Below, one piece after another: positions 14,864 through 27,874 of a stretch of 64,000 nt of DNA. Both the position numbers and the translations under genes were made by a program. How positions within the stretch are numbered: position 1 is the first letter of the stretch; every line of letters starts with the position of its first letter. The notes beneath the pieces are model-generated. The model did no database searches, was not told the origin of the DNA, and worked only from the letters and a program-made list of their open reading frames with translations. The DNA is from Ramazzottius varieornatus (taxonomy: Eukaryota; Animalia; Tardigrada): contig BDGG01000007.1 of the NCBI GenBank assembly GCA_001949185.1, forward strand, positions 1 to 64,000. The letters run 5' to 3'.

Positions 14864-16401
14864 CTAAAACCGATCGCGTCTCTTTCTGGCAGTGTATTTT
14901 GAATCTGGTCGAGTGTCCCTACACGGAAAGCATGACGTAAGTATTAATTTTAACGATGATTAGCGTAATAATTCGAGCGGACGGAAAGGTAATACGTACT
15001 TTCCTTGCCGTCTTCTCCGCTCTTTCTTGGCCTGGATCCAGTCTTTGCTGTTTTTGACGGGTACTCCAGGTCTGGAAGATGAGCGATCTCTGGCGCCGGT
15101 CCGCTCCTCTCCACTGCCCTGAAGAGCCTTGGGAAGCGTCGGGTTCACTCCACCGGTAGACAAGACCAGAAACATTCTTTGAACGAACACCAAGATAAGG
15201 AAAATCGAAGAAAGATCAGAATGTTGGTAGGAAGTGAGATGTCATCTTACTTCTTAGCTCGCGCACTGTTGGGATAATCCACGACAAGTCCGCCGATGAA
15301 ACCAGCTCGCATCGACTGCTGAGTTATCAGCTCAACCTGAACACCATTGTGAAAGTATGATCGAAATTCCTTCGCATGGGAACATTCCGAAAAGAGGACA
15401 AACCTGAGCGCTGTTCTCCGGGTAAAACTGAAAGACTGCTCGCGAGCCGCGGCTCTGTAAATCAGCAAATCATCGAAAACTACCGTCAATTTGACGGAAC
15501 TAGAGTGACTTACTAGGCAAGCGTATAGTGTGGAGAAGAATTTGAAAAGGCGTTTAGAAGGCACATGTTCTTTTTTATCCGCATTGCACAGCCACTGGAG
15601 AGCAGAGATGCTGATGGCTCCGTCGAAACTACCGGGTCGGAAAGGCAAGCCTTCGCCAAGATCGTTCCTCAATAGGTCGCCATCAATTTCTCTCTCCACC
15701 GCTACCTCTACGAAAATACGAGCAGTGTTATCGAGTCTCAAAAGAATTCGGAAATCGATGAAGGGCTTTACTAACCGAGCATGCTGGGACTGATGTCCAG
15801 TCCGACCCAGTAATGGCCGGCACTCGTCAGAGATTCCCCACTCAGACCTGATCCACATCTGCAACGGAAAAAACTACACGGTCATCCATCTCTTTCGATA
15901 TCAACAGAGAATTTGAAATGAGACGAAAACTCGTAAGCGAAAGAATTTTTGCAAATCGGAACGAGATTGCGTTCGAGAATTAACTTCCGGTCCACTTCCG
16001 CTTGATGGCTTCGAAGTTCCGAGACAGAACCAGAAGTGATCTTTTACCCGAGGTCCAGCAGGTAACACGGTACATCCCGAGGAAGCTGGAGCAGTTCAAT
16101 GGCTCTTTCTGCAAGTTGGAGCTGGATATTTATCATCCGGGAACTGAAAAGAGAGAGTGGTATTTTGCTGATGAGTGATGACACCAGCCTCGAAATTCAA
16201 CACATCCTCAGCGTCGGTTAGTTCACCGTACTTCGAGGTGTACTTCCGCGCTTCGTTGTCATCGTAAAACTGCATAAAACGTAGAGTTAGATGAAAACGG
16301 TTATGCTGATGCAGACTGTTTAAATAGCAGTGAAGAAAGTATGAGTGGACACGAACCAGATCTGGAGGAGCCTGGTGCTCCGGTCGGCCGCGGGAGGACA
16401 T
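14864..16401 (-). CDS. BUD23: 18S rRNA (guanine-N7) methyltransferase BUD23/WBSCR22 (multi-exon)
   Basis: [91 protein letters not shown], and C-terminal [13 protein letters not shown]. Confidence 0.95.
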
Positions 16402-16898
16402 CGGCGTGCTGGGTTTGTCTGGCAGTGACCGTCCACAAAACGGCGCTCCTCCCAGAGTCGGCCGAACATTCAAGCAGACGACGGCCGTCTTCTGCCGTCC
16501 ACCGAGAGATAGAATGCGACGAGAGCCTGTGGATGAAAGAAACAATCGTTTGACAACTGCTGTCTCAATCAACAGTCAAGCGAGCAGTCAATAATGTTAC
16601 GCAAACCGCATACCTGACAGTCCAAGCGGTGTTACTATTTCAAACACCTTCCAAATACGATTCGTCGTGAATGATCTGGTAAGCCGGAAGCCGGCGGAAG
16701 TTCTTCCGCCACGACAGAGCGCTTTCAGCAAGAGATGCAGGGCGTAGGGAGCCGGTAACGGAAAGATGAGCAGGGAGTAAAACAGGACTTACAGGAGGAC
16801 ATTACTGATTTCCACACTGCAGCAAGATAGCTCCGCAACACATAACCAATCAAATCAAGTGTCGTACGTACCGATGAGACATCGTATCACTCCAGCTG

Positions 16899-17055
16899 TG
16901 ACGTCATCTCACATGACGCTTCCGCGTGATGCGTCGGGTACGTCACATGACGCCATGTGCACGGTGGATGGCCGAAAGGGAGCAACGTGGTCGACTTTCC
17001 AACGTGGTTTGCCTTTTCGACCTTGTAGTCACGCTGCTGCCATTTCCACATGACC
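16899..17055. promoter_or_regulatory. Divergent BUD23/USF promoter region with a CRE and clustered E-boxes
   Basis: TGACGTCA at 16899-16906. CACATGAC occurs within 16909-16917, 16942-16951 and 17046-17055. CATGTG at 16954-16959. Lies between head-to-head starts at 16401(-) and 17129(+). Confidence 0.5.
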
Positions 17056-17128
17056 TCACTTTCCTAACTGACCAGACGCCACCGGAAACTTCTTCCTGCT
17101 GGACGTTTGACTTTCCTGCAACCCAACC

Positions 17129-18953
17129 ATGGAGGAAGATGAAGGTAAGAGGCAGAAATTGTATGGAAGAACTTTCGCGGGATATTTAACGGATGTCTTC
17201 CTAGAAGTTGTCTCTGAAGTCGCATCGGAACATGAAGAAGAAACGGAAGGACTACCTATACCTGAGCCAGAGCCTGAAACCACTCCAGAGCCTGCTCCTA
17301 AACGTCAAAAGACTTCAAAGGTGTGATCCAGGCCGAAGGAGGCTTCGTTGAATTTTGAGACCATATTAATTTTTGGGTTTTCTTTCTGTTGTAGAAGCAC
17401 AGCCAGAACGATGCGAACGTGACCACGTTAGAACCTTCCATCACCATCGTTCGTGGGGAAGCAGATGGCACAACTACCTACTACAAGATCATCTCCACCT
17501 CCCAACCAGGTGCTTCCAGTTTGCCGATTCATGGTGGAGGTACTGGCTCGGAAGCCAACGCGGGAAAAGTGCAGGTAAAGATTTATTCTGAGTTTAGCCC
17601 AAATTTTTCCCCGAAAATTCCATCTCGGTTTTCTTTTTGAATATTTCTCTCCTTGGTAGTTGATCAACGGCTCGCTACATTTCCCCAACGGGACCGTGGT
17701 GGCTCCTTCCACTTCCAGTGGAGAAGTCCTCAATAACGACGAGTCGGGCTTAGGATACGCTTCACAACCCACCATGGTCTCAGTAAGCATTCCCGGAAGT
17801 AAGTTCCAACAGGAATGAAACGTTATTATTCTGTAGCTGTTATGAGATGAATAATGGAAAGCATTCGTTGTTTTTGACAGCCGGTATGGTGGGAGCACGA
17901 TACCGCGGCGTCAACCTAGAAGATATGGATTCGAAACGAAAAGGCTCGGGAACGCGGGATGAACGACGAAGACAAACGCACAATGAAGGTGAGGAAAAAC
18001 AGTCATCCCCTTGTTCCTTTACTGTGGGTCGAGTGAACAGAAGATTTAGGGAATTTGATGGTGTTTTTCTTTTGTAGTTGAGCGCCGTCGGAGGGACAAG
18101 ATCAACCAATGGATCACGAAGCTCCAGGCGCTGATCCCGGGAACTCCCGGAGAAAGTACCAAGCATGCACAGGTGAGAACCAGACCGCAGATAATTTTGT
18201 CGATTTTCTTCCGGATTCCTTAGTCGAGAAGACCTTCTGTGATTCGCTTCTCAAAGTATTTCTTCGGGAAGCCAATTTTCATCCAGAAGGAAGAACAATG
18301 TGGGTTGAAAGGCTGAAGGATGCCAGACCATCCTTGCAGTTTCGTACGCTCAAAACAATCGCAATCAGAGAATCCCTCTTGCAAATTTGCAGAATTTGTA
18401 AAACATGATTTTGTTTTCGATCGAACAAGGTGGAAGTCGATCTCGTCAACACTCAACAGCAGCCTTTCTTTTTTTCATGCACCTGCATACTGAATGGCGC
18501 TCTGGCATACGGGTTGGCTGTACGCAGGCTAGTGTCGTTTCTTGTCATGCGAGTCGTAATGAGTTTTTCTGCCTGTGTTGTCTTTTTTACGGTTTTTCAA
18601 AGTGTTTTTCCCACTATAAATGGTTTTTTACGTTGGTTGTTGCTCGTACAAGAATTATCTGGTGGTTTTTCCAGAGTAAGGGCGCGGTCCTGTCGAAAGC
18701 CGTGGACTACATAACACAGTTGACGGATCAAGTGGCGCAGGCCAAAACCATGAAAGACAACAGCCAGAAGGTCCATCTCCTGGCTATCGAGAACGAAGTA
18801 TACAAGAAGCAAACGGAGGTCCTGAAGAACTACATTCGTGAACAGGGACTGGAACTGCCGTCTAACATGCCGACGGCAGCGCTGTCGGCTCTCCACGAAC
18901 TCCAACAGGGCACGGCCATCCTCATCGCCCAACAAACCACCCGTACAAAATAG
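17129..18953 (+). CDS. Usf: Upstream stimulatory factor (USF)-like bHLH-ZIP transcription factor (multi-exon)
   Basis: Spliced bHLH RDERRRQTHNE|VERRRRDKINQWITKLQALIP...Q|SKGAVLSKAVDYITQL, followed by a zipper-like helix (LAIENEVYKKQTEVLK). Confidence 0.9.
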
Positions 18954-19453
18954 CTGTTCCGTCATCTTTGGATGCGGTTTGCTCGTTTCGTTGCCGCTAT
19001 ATCCTATTCACCGTCATGATCTTCAGTGTAATTATTTCTCTGATAGCCAGTTCTCGTTGTGCTTCGGCTGAATGTTGTTTTTTTAGACTTGTTCACGGTT
19101 TTATTTTCATTACGGGCTTACCGGCCTTAGACTTTTGTTTGGTCTGTAAAACTGTTTTGGCAAGCTTCGAGTTTTCTCGAACCTATCCATCTTATGAGTC
19201 GTCGAAACAACGTGAAGTCGAATGAGATAAAAATATGGGACGTGGTCAAATGAACTGACCCAGTTTGTTAGCTCGAGTAGCGCATATTTTCATTGTTGTC
19301 GGCCAGAATTGTGCGCCACTTGGGGGAAACGATCTGGTTCGATTCATTTGCCAACGGACCATAATTATAACGAATGTCCGATGTTGCTGTTAGGGTATAC
19401 TACCGGGGAGTAGTTGGGGATTATTGCAAAAATTTTCTGGAGTGTGGCTCGAT

Positions 19454-20316
19454 CTAGGAGATGAAAGAACTGCCGGAGGACTGAGTTGCACCGGTCAATG
19501 TTGGCTTGGACTTGAGGTAGCAGGTGCCCCATCCAGCCGGTTGGAAGGTCGCCACGTTACACGTTGGATGCAGATGGCAGAAAAGCTTGCAAAAGTCCGC
19601 AGTTGCAGTTCCTCCAATGGGGACGGGCGCCAAGTCATCTCCGAAGAAGTCGGTGGATGGAACATTCGTGAAGCGTTTCTCGCTGAATGCGGCGATGATC
19701 ACGTCGAAGTTGCGGGAGAATGTCAGCTTGCCGGTGGTCGCCGCCGTCTTGAAGAACTTTGTACACACTCCGGTTTCGATGTTGTATCTGACGAACCGGC
19801 AAGGTGGATCAGTACCGGAGTCACTGTTTCGACAGGCATTCAAACACGAGTAGATATCACCTACACGTACAAATAATGACCCGGGGATGACTAACTCAGG
19901 AATTCTTCACTTGAGAGCAGGGTAAACATAAAACGCGAAACTGCCATCTCAAGTGGCGCATGCTTGCATACACAATAGGCGGAGGGCTGCGCCACTCAAC
20001 ATACCAACATTGCACGTTCTGCTTGCCAAGCTCCCATTCGGGGCCTGCGTTTACCTGTGGCGTTAGCGGCTGCTGTTCCCGAATTGGCGCTCGCTGTCCA
20101 GCCTTGAATGATGATGGATGAAGCGAATCCCGGAAAAGAACCTGGTCCGGAAGCACTTCGGCAATTCGGAGAAGCGTTGAGTCGAGGCCCATCGACATAC
20201 ATAGATAAGTTGAAGTCCTTCTGCCTTTCCGCCTCCGATCCCGCTCCAGTGTCAGTGGGCAAGGCGTGCAGTACTCCCGAAAGCAAGATACAAGACAGCA
20301 ATGTCCAGAAACCCAT
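19454..20316 (-). CDS. Secreted PAN/Apple-domain protein (exons 20055-20316, 19454-19860; 222 aa)
   Basis: Signal peptide MGFWTLLSCILLSGVLHA. Two PAN-like Cys patterns: CLNAC...CRFVRYN...C and DFFGDDL...CKLFCHLHPTC...CYLK. A phase-1 intron joins the exons in frame. Confidence 0.75.
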
Positions 20317-20534
20317 TTTGCTTGGTCGTGAGTACGATAATAGACAGCAGTGGGTTCAATGAATGTGAGATTTGGCAAATTACTAGTTGGTTCTTGTGGA
20401 AACAGTGATCCGTTGAACGGTTGCTTGGCCGAAGAGACCAGAGATCACCAACAACAAGGTCATGATGGGTTTAAGTACGTCAGCCGCAGTAAGTTTCGGT
20501 GTTCAAACTGTGAACAGTGCAGTTCGAAGGACTT

Positions 20535-21773
20535 TTAGGATACAAAAACAACTGTTTCGAGCACCAATTTGCCGATTGAGTGTGGTCTTAGACTTCAGCC
20601 AGCAACGCTGGTTCAGGTTGAAAGTAGCCATATCGCACGTCGGATGCCGCAGAACAGCTTGCAGTTGTCGTGGGTGCCAACATTGGACAGCGCGAACAGA
20701 TCGTCGCTGGGATGAAGCGTGGAGGGAACAGCCTCAAAGCGCTTTTCGCCAAAGCAGCTAAAACCGCATCAAATCAAAGTTCGGGCGAACTGGAAGTTAC
20801 CGGTGGTCACTACCGCCTTGAAGAACTTGGTGCAGGTACCCGTTTCGATGTTGTAGCTTACCAATCGGCAGCGCGGATCCTGGTCGGAGGCCTGCTCCGA
20901 CGAGGATCCAGAGAAGGGTAGTTTTCATTCGATACCCGGTGCTAGAAGGTCGGTAGAGATAACCCTTCGCCTCTGGATAAACTCGGCGAATTTAGCGAAC
21001 CGTTGGTAGCATAAGGTCGAGGGGTGTCGATAGCGCTGGCAAAAATACGATAAAGTTCGATACGGTATTTTCGATACAATATCGGCGGATATTTTATCGC
21101 TGTCTTCGATATTTATTCGATATCGATGTTTCCATTCGATATTTTCCCGTTACCGTATTTTCGATATTGTATCATATCGCAGCGATATATCGATATTTCT
21201 GGAATTTGGGTTTTCCGGAATTCCACTGGTTCAAGCCCAAAAACTCAAAGACCCGATTTCCACATAAAGTATTAGTAAGATCGGAAGCGTCGGATGCAGC
21301 AAAGACATGACTATATCAAGACTTCAAACACATGGAAACCTGGACGGAATTAGTACCAGAACCGAATGGGCGGAGTATGCTCGGTACACCATGGCCAAAA
21401 TCAAGTATTCGAAACTAACCATGGTCTTTCGTAAACGATATATTGCTGGCGAGTTCGCCATTCAGCGAAATATCGATATATCGATCATATATCGATATGG
21501 CGCGATACGATATCGCCGAATATCTTATTGCATTATTCGATATGAGCTTCATAACGATAGTTTCGATACGATATCTGCCGCATATTGTATCGCAAAGATC
21601 CGATATATTTCGATACGATATCGATATGCCGTATCGTTGCCAGCACTAGGTATCGACGTACATTTACAAATTGAAATCCTTTGTCTCTCCGTTTCTGAAT
21701 CGTTCTGGATCTCAACGGGCAAAGCGATAATCGCGCTCGAAATCAGGGTACACAATAGGAGTGTGCGAATCAT
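20535..21773 (-). pseudogene. Degenerate tandem paralog of the PAN/Apple gene, interrupted by a MITE
   Basis: MIRTLLLCTLISSAIIALP...ETERQ, then a frameshift, DFNL*MYVD, the MITE, and later RCRLVSYNIETGTCTKFFK...HPTCDMATF...CWLKSK. Collinear with 19454-20316, with frameshifts and a stop. Confidence 0.85.
21031..21648. mobile_element. Non-autonomous hAT element (MITE)
   Basis: TIRs TAGCGCTGGCAA / TTGCCAGCACTA. 8-bp TSD GGTGTCGA (21023-30) / GGTATCGA (21649-56). Dense CGATA/TATCG subterminal repeats. Confidence 0.9.
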
Positions 21774-22797
21774 TTGCAGTCGGAAGCACGACTAAAAAAG
21801 CGTTATCAATAAGTATCGAACAGATGAACTTCAGATATTAATAATACTGTACTGCTTCTCGAGCTTCGCGAATTGACGTAATGAGGCGCGTAGAGTTTAT
21901 GGGTATAATGATACATACGGCACATCCTTCTTATGACGTAACTCGCGAAGTTCAAGAAGCATTACAGTACCACGGTGAGACGTTGAAATTTGCTGGATTG
22001 GCCGAGTGAAAGATAACCGATAACCTCTTCGATAAGGAGCATCGGAAGACTTTTCCAGAGATAAATCAGGTCCAGGCCTAAAGTCTACTGATTTACTCTG
22101 CCCGCTCGACAATACCATATACCCAAGTTTTACGGAAGGCAGAACGGTGTTCCCAGAGTGGGGAAATTACTTCCTGGATCATTTCGCAACTTTATGCGAC
22201 GAAGAACAAGTCTTCAAAACTCCAGCAAGCTACTCGTTACACCAATAACCCAACCTCTGCCTACGCACATCGAGAAATGAACCTCCTGAGTGAACTTTCA
22301 AGTTTGGAAACTTTGCCAACCCGACGATTAAGTGTTCTGTCAGATCCCAAACTGGGTCGTAGTCATTGGAAGGGAGGAAGCCGAGTCCGCGTAGCCTCTG
22401 AACCGAGCGAGACGGACATCAATCTTTTTTCGAATAAACAATAGCTATACTGTAACTGTACTGCGCTCCCTAATCAGATTAAGGCTCCGTGCCAAACTCC
22501 GCTCTGCTTACCGAACCAGCCAAAAATACGATAACGTCTGGTATATATTCTGTTAATACATTTGTGTCACGGCGGATTCGCCTCCTCCGCTCAATATCTT
22601 ATCACCTGTCACGTGTGAATTTTCAAAGTCGATGGATATTATTCACGTTTACTCCACATCAGTCCAAGATAGCAACACAATGTCTGTCGGCGCCAACCGT
22701 TCCCGCAGTTGTTACTATAAAAGCCTACCTGTCACATTTGGCTTCACCAGTTCACGTGTTCGCTCTCCCTTGGACCCAGTACCTCAGATTCGTCACC

Positions 22798-24137
22798 ATG
22801 CAGTACGCTCTTGTTCTCGCCCTTCTCCTCCCAGCCGTGGTCCTTGCCGCTCGTCCTCGTCAGACCGTCCGACTGGACGCCGACAACCATGGCATGGCCA
22901 CACAGGTCCTCACCTACCGCGACGAAACCAGCCACGTGGAAGCCGTCCAGGCTCAAGTCACGTTGAACTGCCGAGCTGGAGAGCACCGCAACATGTATGA
23001 AGTCACTGTCAGCGCCGTCGACAGTCTGCCGCGGTCCGAACAAAGCCGACTGGACATCAAGAACGCTCAAGGAGTACCCCATGGCTTCGACAGTGGGTCG
23101 GGCGTTCTGTCTTTCAGTGGACCCTACCACGATCTGACCGAGAATAAAAGAAGCACCAACTGCGCCGGAAACGAGGTCGATGGGGAATGCGCCATCGAGC
23201 TGACCGGCGTCGCTGAGATCAAGCAGTACGTCCAAGTGCCGGGCTCAGTTCCCGGATCGCTCAACTGGGTGGGAAACTATCGCGTTGTCTTCAACTGCCG
23301 ACTGGTACCTGACAGCCCAGCGGCTGAGCACATCTTCGGATCGCACGGAAGCATCAACTTGACCGTCTGCCAAGACTTCCAGCACACGTAAGTCGATCCA
23401 CCATGATCAAACATTCATACGCCAGGGAGGAATATACTTTCGGCTTGCATTGATTACAGATTGACCATTTCTGCCCTGAACGACGACGACTTCATGAGAG
23501 AGGGTCCTCGAAGCCAGAAAGTTGTGATGAACACGGTGGGAACGCCGTACGGAGTGATGTGGAATGACTGTCATTTAGAAACCTCAGCGCGCGCACCAGA
23601 GAACCGTGTGGCAGCAGTCAGAAAGTACCAGGTCATGCGCAACGGGTAAAAATGTTACTTCTTACTCTGTGTCTTCATCCAGCTTCTGCTTCTGCTGTAA
23701 GGAAATTAGACGTTGAAGCTTTTGAAATTTTAGCATCATCCTGAAGATCAGAGAGGCCGATGTCAGCGGTCGTAGTACCGGTACACCGGGTGAGCAGTAC
23801 CAGATGGACATCAAAGACTTGACGTTGGAGGGGCGAGTGAAGCTTGTCTGCTACGTGAAGAAGTGCCGCAACGTCTCCGCGGTTAATGGGGATACTACCT
23901 TGGACATCTGTCCCGAAGGCCAGCTTCCTCATTCTGCAGGTACGCCAGTGCTTCCAACGCGATATTTTAGTTCAGTTCGAAGCAAATGGGGCCCTCGTCT
24001 AACCAGACTTTTTATTTTCAGGAACCCGAGCCACGTACAGTTCGAGGTCGCGATCAGCACAGTCTTTGCTGAAGAGTGCAGATGTACATTCAAAGGCTGA
24101 TTCCTGTACTTTGAGGGCAGTCGAAGGTCAGCTTTGA
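22798..24137 (+). CDS. Secreted Cys-containing protein of unknown family (exons 22798-23387, 23460-23645, 23734-23939, 24022-24137; 365 aa)
   Basis: Signal peptide MQYALVLALLLPAVVLA, ACCATG start context, TATAAAA at ~22716. Four exons join in frame (1098 nt). Confidence 0.8.
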
Positions 24138-24972
24138 TGATAGTCTGTCCTGAAAACTGCTATATGTATTCAACCTTGAAAAATGGAAACCTCGATTGCA
24201 TATTATCGCTTCGACCTTGAGGAACGGAACACTATTTTATGATAAATGTTTCATTGTGTCGTTAGCACGTCGAGACATGTCTTGTTTGTACAAGAACGAT
24301 AAAACTCGAACTCGACGCGCTAAACTGGGTATATCCGGGCCCATATCAGAATGTATGATACATGAATAAAAATCGGAATGCGCGAAAGAACGGTAAAACC
24401 GGAGTGATTCATGTAAACTATTGTTGTATCAAACACATTTTAGTGTTCATGGTATCCGTTTTGAACTTAGCAAGCCTGTTGACATGTTGGAACAATTTTA
24501 TGTGCATGTATGGTATGGATACGACACCGCAGTAAGTTCGAGTACAAAGTCGACGACATACTTTACACTTCATGGCAATGAGGCCTAATGTTTAACTACC
24601 AATTAAAATATTTATTCTTTGCAAGTAAAAATTATAACTACAAATTCGAAGAAACGTTCCAACTTGAGATGCTATATAACTCTGTCTAGTAAGTCACAAC
24701 ATTTGTTAAACGGTCAATGAGTGATACTTCATGCTCTGTGCATACGAGCATGATCACGTTTCGCGGACACTCCCTAACTTTCGGCCGGAAACTCAGAGAG
24801 TTAGATGTGTCACAGCAGCATCGATAAAGATCGCTTGCATCCGTTAGTTTCGCTCGGGGTCCTTCGAATTCAGGTTGAACAGAGCAGCACAACTGTCAGA
24901 GTGTACGTGTGCGAAGCTGTGTTGGTATACGGTGCAATATCCTTTGCAATCTTCCATCGCGGGAAGTCCTGG

Positions 24973-25887
24973 CATGAAGATCCGTGGCGCTGCCCGCTTC
25001 CTTCAATGGGGCAGTTCGAACCTTCTCGTGAAACTTTTCGTAGTTTATATTATGATTGCAGGTATCAGTTCTACGTATATCTTCCCGCTGCGTCCTACTG
25101 CCATAATTACCTTACATCCGCATGTTTTTGTAGTGGTAGGTTTTGCAAGCTCGGAGCTGCCCCACAGACTGGGTGTGGCGTCCGCTGCTCAGCCTAACCG
25201 TACTTTGCGGATTCCGCACAACAGAGCCACTCCATTCAGTTTCGAGCTTGAAGACGCGGAGCAGCTTGAGACTTTCATCGAAAGAAGAACGCAACATCGT
25301 ACTGGTCCATTCCAATCCGAGGTCACTCTCGTGATCGAGTATCCAGGCGGGGAAGCAGCCCCATCCAGGTGTTACGTCTGCCGTAACAAGTCGGCCCCAT
25401 GTAGTTCTCCGTCTGAGATGATGGAGAAAACATGCAATGCGGGGAACGAAGCTTGCGTGAAATACGGCGAGAACACGCACATGATCGTCAACGCATTCGG
25501 AATTCCTTCCCGAAACATCAGTAAGGAAGCAAATTGCCGCACTTATACGAATAAAGTACCATTCCTCACGGCCGCTGTTTACTCTGGCACCAGTTTCAAA
25601 GGTTTTTAGCAGGAGCATACAGGATTTGTATGGATACTCAAGATATCCTGCTTTACCACAACTACCGCGTCCCCGTGGCCACGCTTAATCTTTCGGATGC
25701 AGATCTCACGAGGGCTCAATGCTGCCGCGGAATCCGGAATGTGGTGTTCGAAACGCAGAACATGGAACTGAACTTCACCGGAGATATCTGCTTCTGTCAC
25801 ACCGACATGTGCAACTATGCTGGTCGGAGCAGTCACTTCTCACGATTGACGTTCGAATCTTCCTTGATGTTGTTCTTTTTTCTGTAG
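24973..25887 (+). CDS. Ly6/uPAR three-finger (quiver/sleepless-like) protein, probably GPI-anchored (exons ~24973-25061, 25140-25520, 25613-25887)
   Basis: Hydrophobic leader, RCYVC...C...C...ACVK...RIC...CFCHTDMCN, and a hydrophobic C-terminus. Confidence 0.75.
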
Positions 25888-26427
25888 TTCTCCGGCTGCT
25901 CGACAATACGCGTTTTCACATCCTATAAATTTATGTGGTGTCATGATATGTACCTGTTCGTGTATTTATTGGCGATGACTTGGTTCAAACTTCAGAAAGA
26001 TTGTCCGAGTACTGGAACTGGAGGCGGAGAACAACAGAGCGTATTCCGTGTGATGTCATGCAACAGAGTGTGAAGTAAGGGCAACTGGAAAATCCGCAGT
26101 GACGTCACCGAGTCACTTGTTTGCGTTTCTCCAGTCCAAGGCAGTGTACGAGGTACTGCAGTAGAGTTGCACGCGTGCAACTGTAACTCCTTTTCGGTTT
26201 AAGTCACCTTCTCGTCTTCCTCTGTAATCTGCGTAAATAGGATGTGGTTTGTTGAAAGGAGATTCGGACCTTTCGACAGTTGGAGAAACGTGGAAGGTAT
26301 GGTATCCAGGAGAATCGGGATTTAGCTGCCGGAGGTGGAAAGACGCATCGATACCCATCAAGCAGACCAAGCACCATCCCCTTTGCTGACTGTCGTTTTC
26401 CGTGTTGACTACCCTCTCCTGGAATGA

Positions 26428-27673
26428 ATGACAATGCCAGTATCTCGGTACTACAGTAGGAGCCTTGCCGAGGGCCGAAGCTTCAGTGTGTACAGTTCGG
26501 AAAAGTCTGAGAAGAGTGCTACCTCACCTCTTTGTCGACAAGCCTCCTTTGCATCCTCTTCGCGCCTCCTCTCCCCACAATTGTCCCACTGGAACGTTCT
26601 TTCATGTCGGTGGATCTCTCGGACGGGAAAGAATACTACTCATTATGATACGTTAGGCGTACAGTCCACCGCTTCTGCGAAGGTAAGGTGGGAAGGCAAG
26701 AAGCAGCACATCCAATTGACTAAATCAACAATCAAACCGGTGTTCGCAGCATGGTGTACACCAAATGAAAACAGCGATCAGACAGTGCTATTTGTTTGAT
26801 TGATGACCAGCCGGTCTACTGCTGCATCATCCGTCAGCTGTTTAATGGTGGGCGGTGTGGTGGTCTGAGCTGTTAACTGTCCAGCTCGCCATGGGTCAAG
26901 CTGCAGCACTGCCTTGGCTGACGAACGGTTACGTTTTGCAGGATATCAAGTCGGCCTATTACGAGCAGTCGAAGAAGTGGCATCCTGACTTGAACCCCAG
27001 TGTTGAAGCCTCGACGAAGTTCCGGGAAGTCTCCGAAGCCTATGAAACATTGGGAAGTGAGCGCAGTCGTAAGACTTACGACGAGAAGTTGGATGCCACT
27101 TCGTACAGTCGGTCAGGCTATGCTAGGCCGACCAGTACAACTTACCGTGACACCAACATGCCTGGCTACGATCCGAACGCTTCCGTGTTCAACCGCCGAA
27201 CAGCCCACCGGAGAGCTCCTCAAAGTGGCAGAGATCAGTACTGGGATTATGATGAATACTACAGGCAACATTACTCCTACCTCCGGGAAAGGCAGTACCG
27301 AGAAGCGCAGTGGAGACAGCATCAGGAAGAGTTCAGAAGTCAACAGATGGCGCGCGGCATGCATCAAATGTCGCGACGCGGGGAAAATACGAAACTCTTT
27401 ATATTTTTCTGCATGATTGCTACCATGTTGATGTTTCTCGATCTTGTAGATACTGAACCTAACCCTTATGCAATGGAGGCTATCAGCGAGAAGCGTAGGA
27501 AGGCAAGAGAAGAATATGTTTTAAGGGAACGAATGAGGCAAAGTGTAAATCAGAGTTTGGATGATATTTATGGGGCTACCAGTTTTACGGGACATAATGT
27601 CTCAAATAATCCTTATAGACCTAATGCAGTGACTCGCGTTGTCACGTCGGAACCTCCACCGACCACTTCGTGA
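26428..27673 (+). CDS. DnaJ (J-domain) co-chaperone, likely mitochondrial (DNAJC30-like); exons 26428-26682, 26942-27673
   Basis: THYDTLGV...AK|DIKSAYYEQSKKWHPDLNP...FREVSEAYETLG contains the HPD motif. Arg/Ser-rich presequence-like N-terminus and one C-terminal TM segment. Confidence 0.88.
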
Positions 27674-27874
27674 TGATAACCGATTTTATCTGTTGTAAAA
27701 GGAACGGAGAGAAAATCGTGCTGCGATACAATAAAGAACAGATGTTCAGAGAAAGCGGAATAAAAACTTAAATAAATTTAGGAAATCTTGGTTTGTCAGT
27801 CGGAAACGCTCAGATCACATAATAAAAAGTTTGGCACTAGAAAATATAACACCGGTAAAGGCAGGAATGTAAGG

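Noticed and set aside
21307-21795. 162-aa Ile/Arg/Tyr-rich ORF
   Set aside because: Artefact of CGATAT subterminal repeats in the MITE.
25460-25612. Possible GC-AG intron in the Ly6 gene (TACG|GCGAG)
   Set aside because: A canonical same-phase A|GTAAGG donor at 25521 explains the splice.
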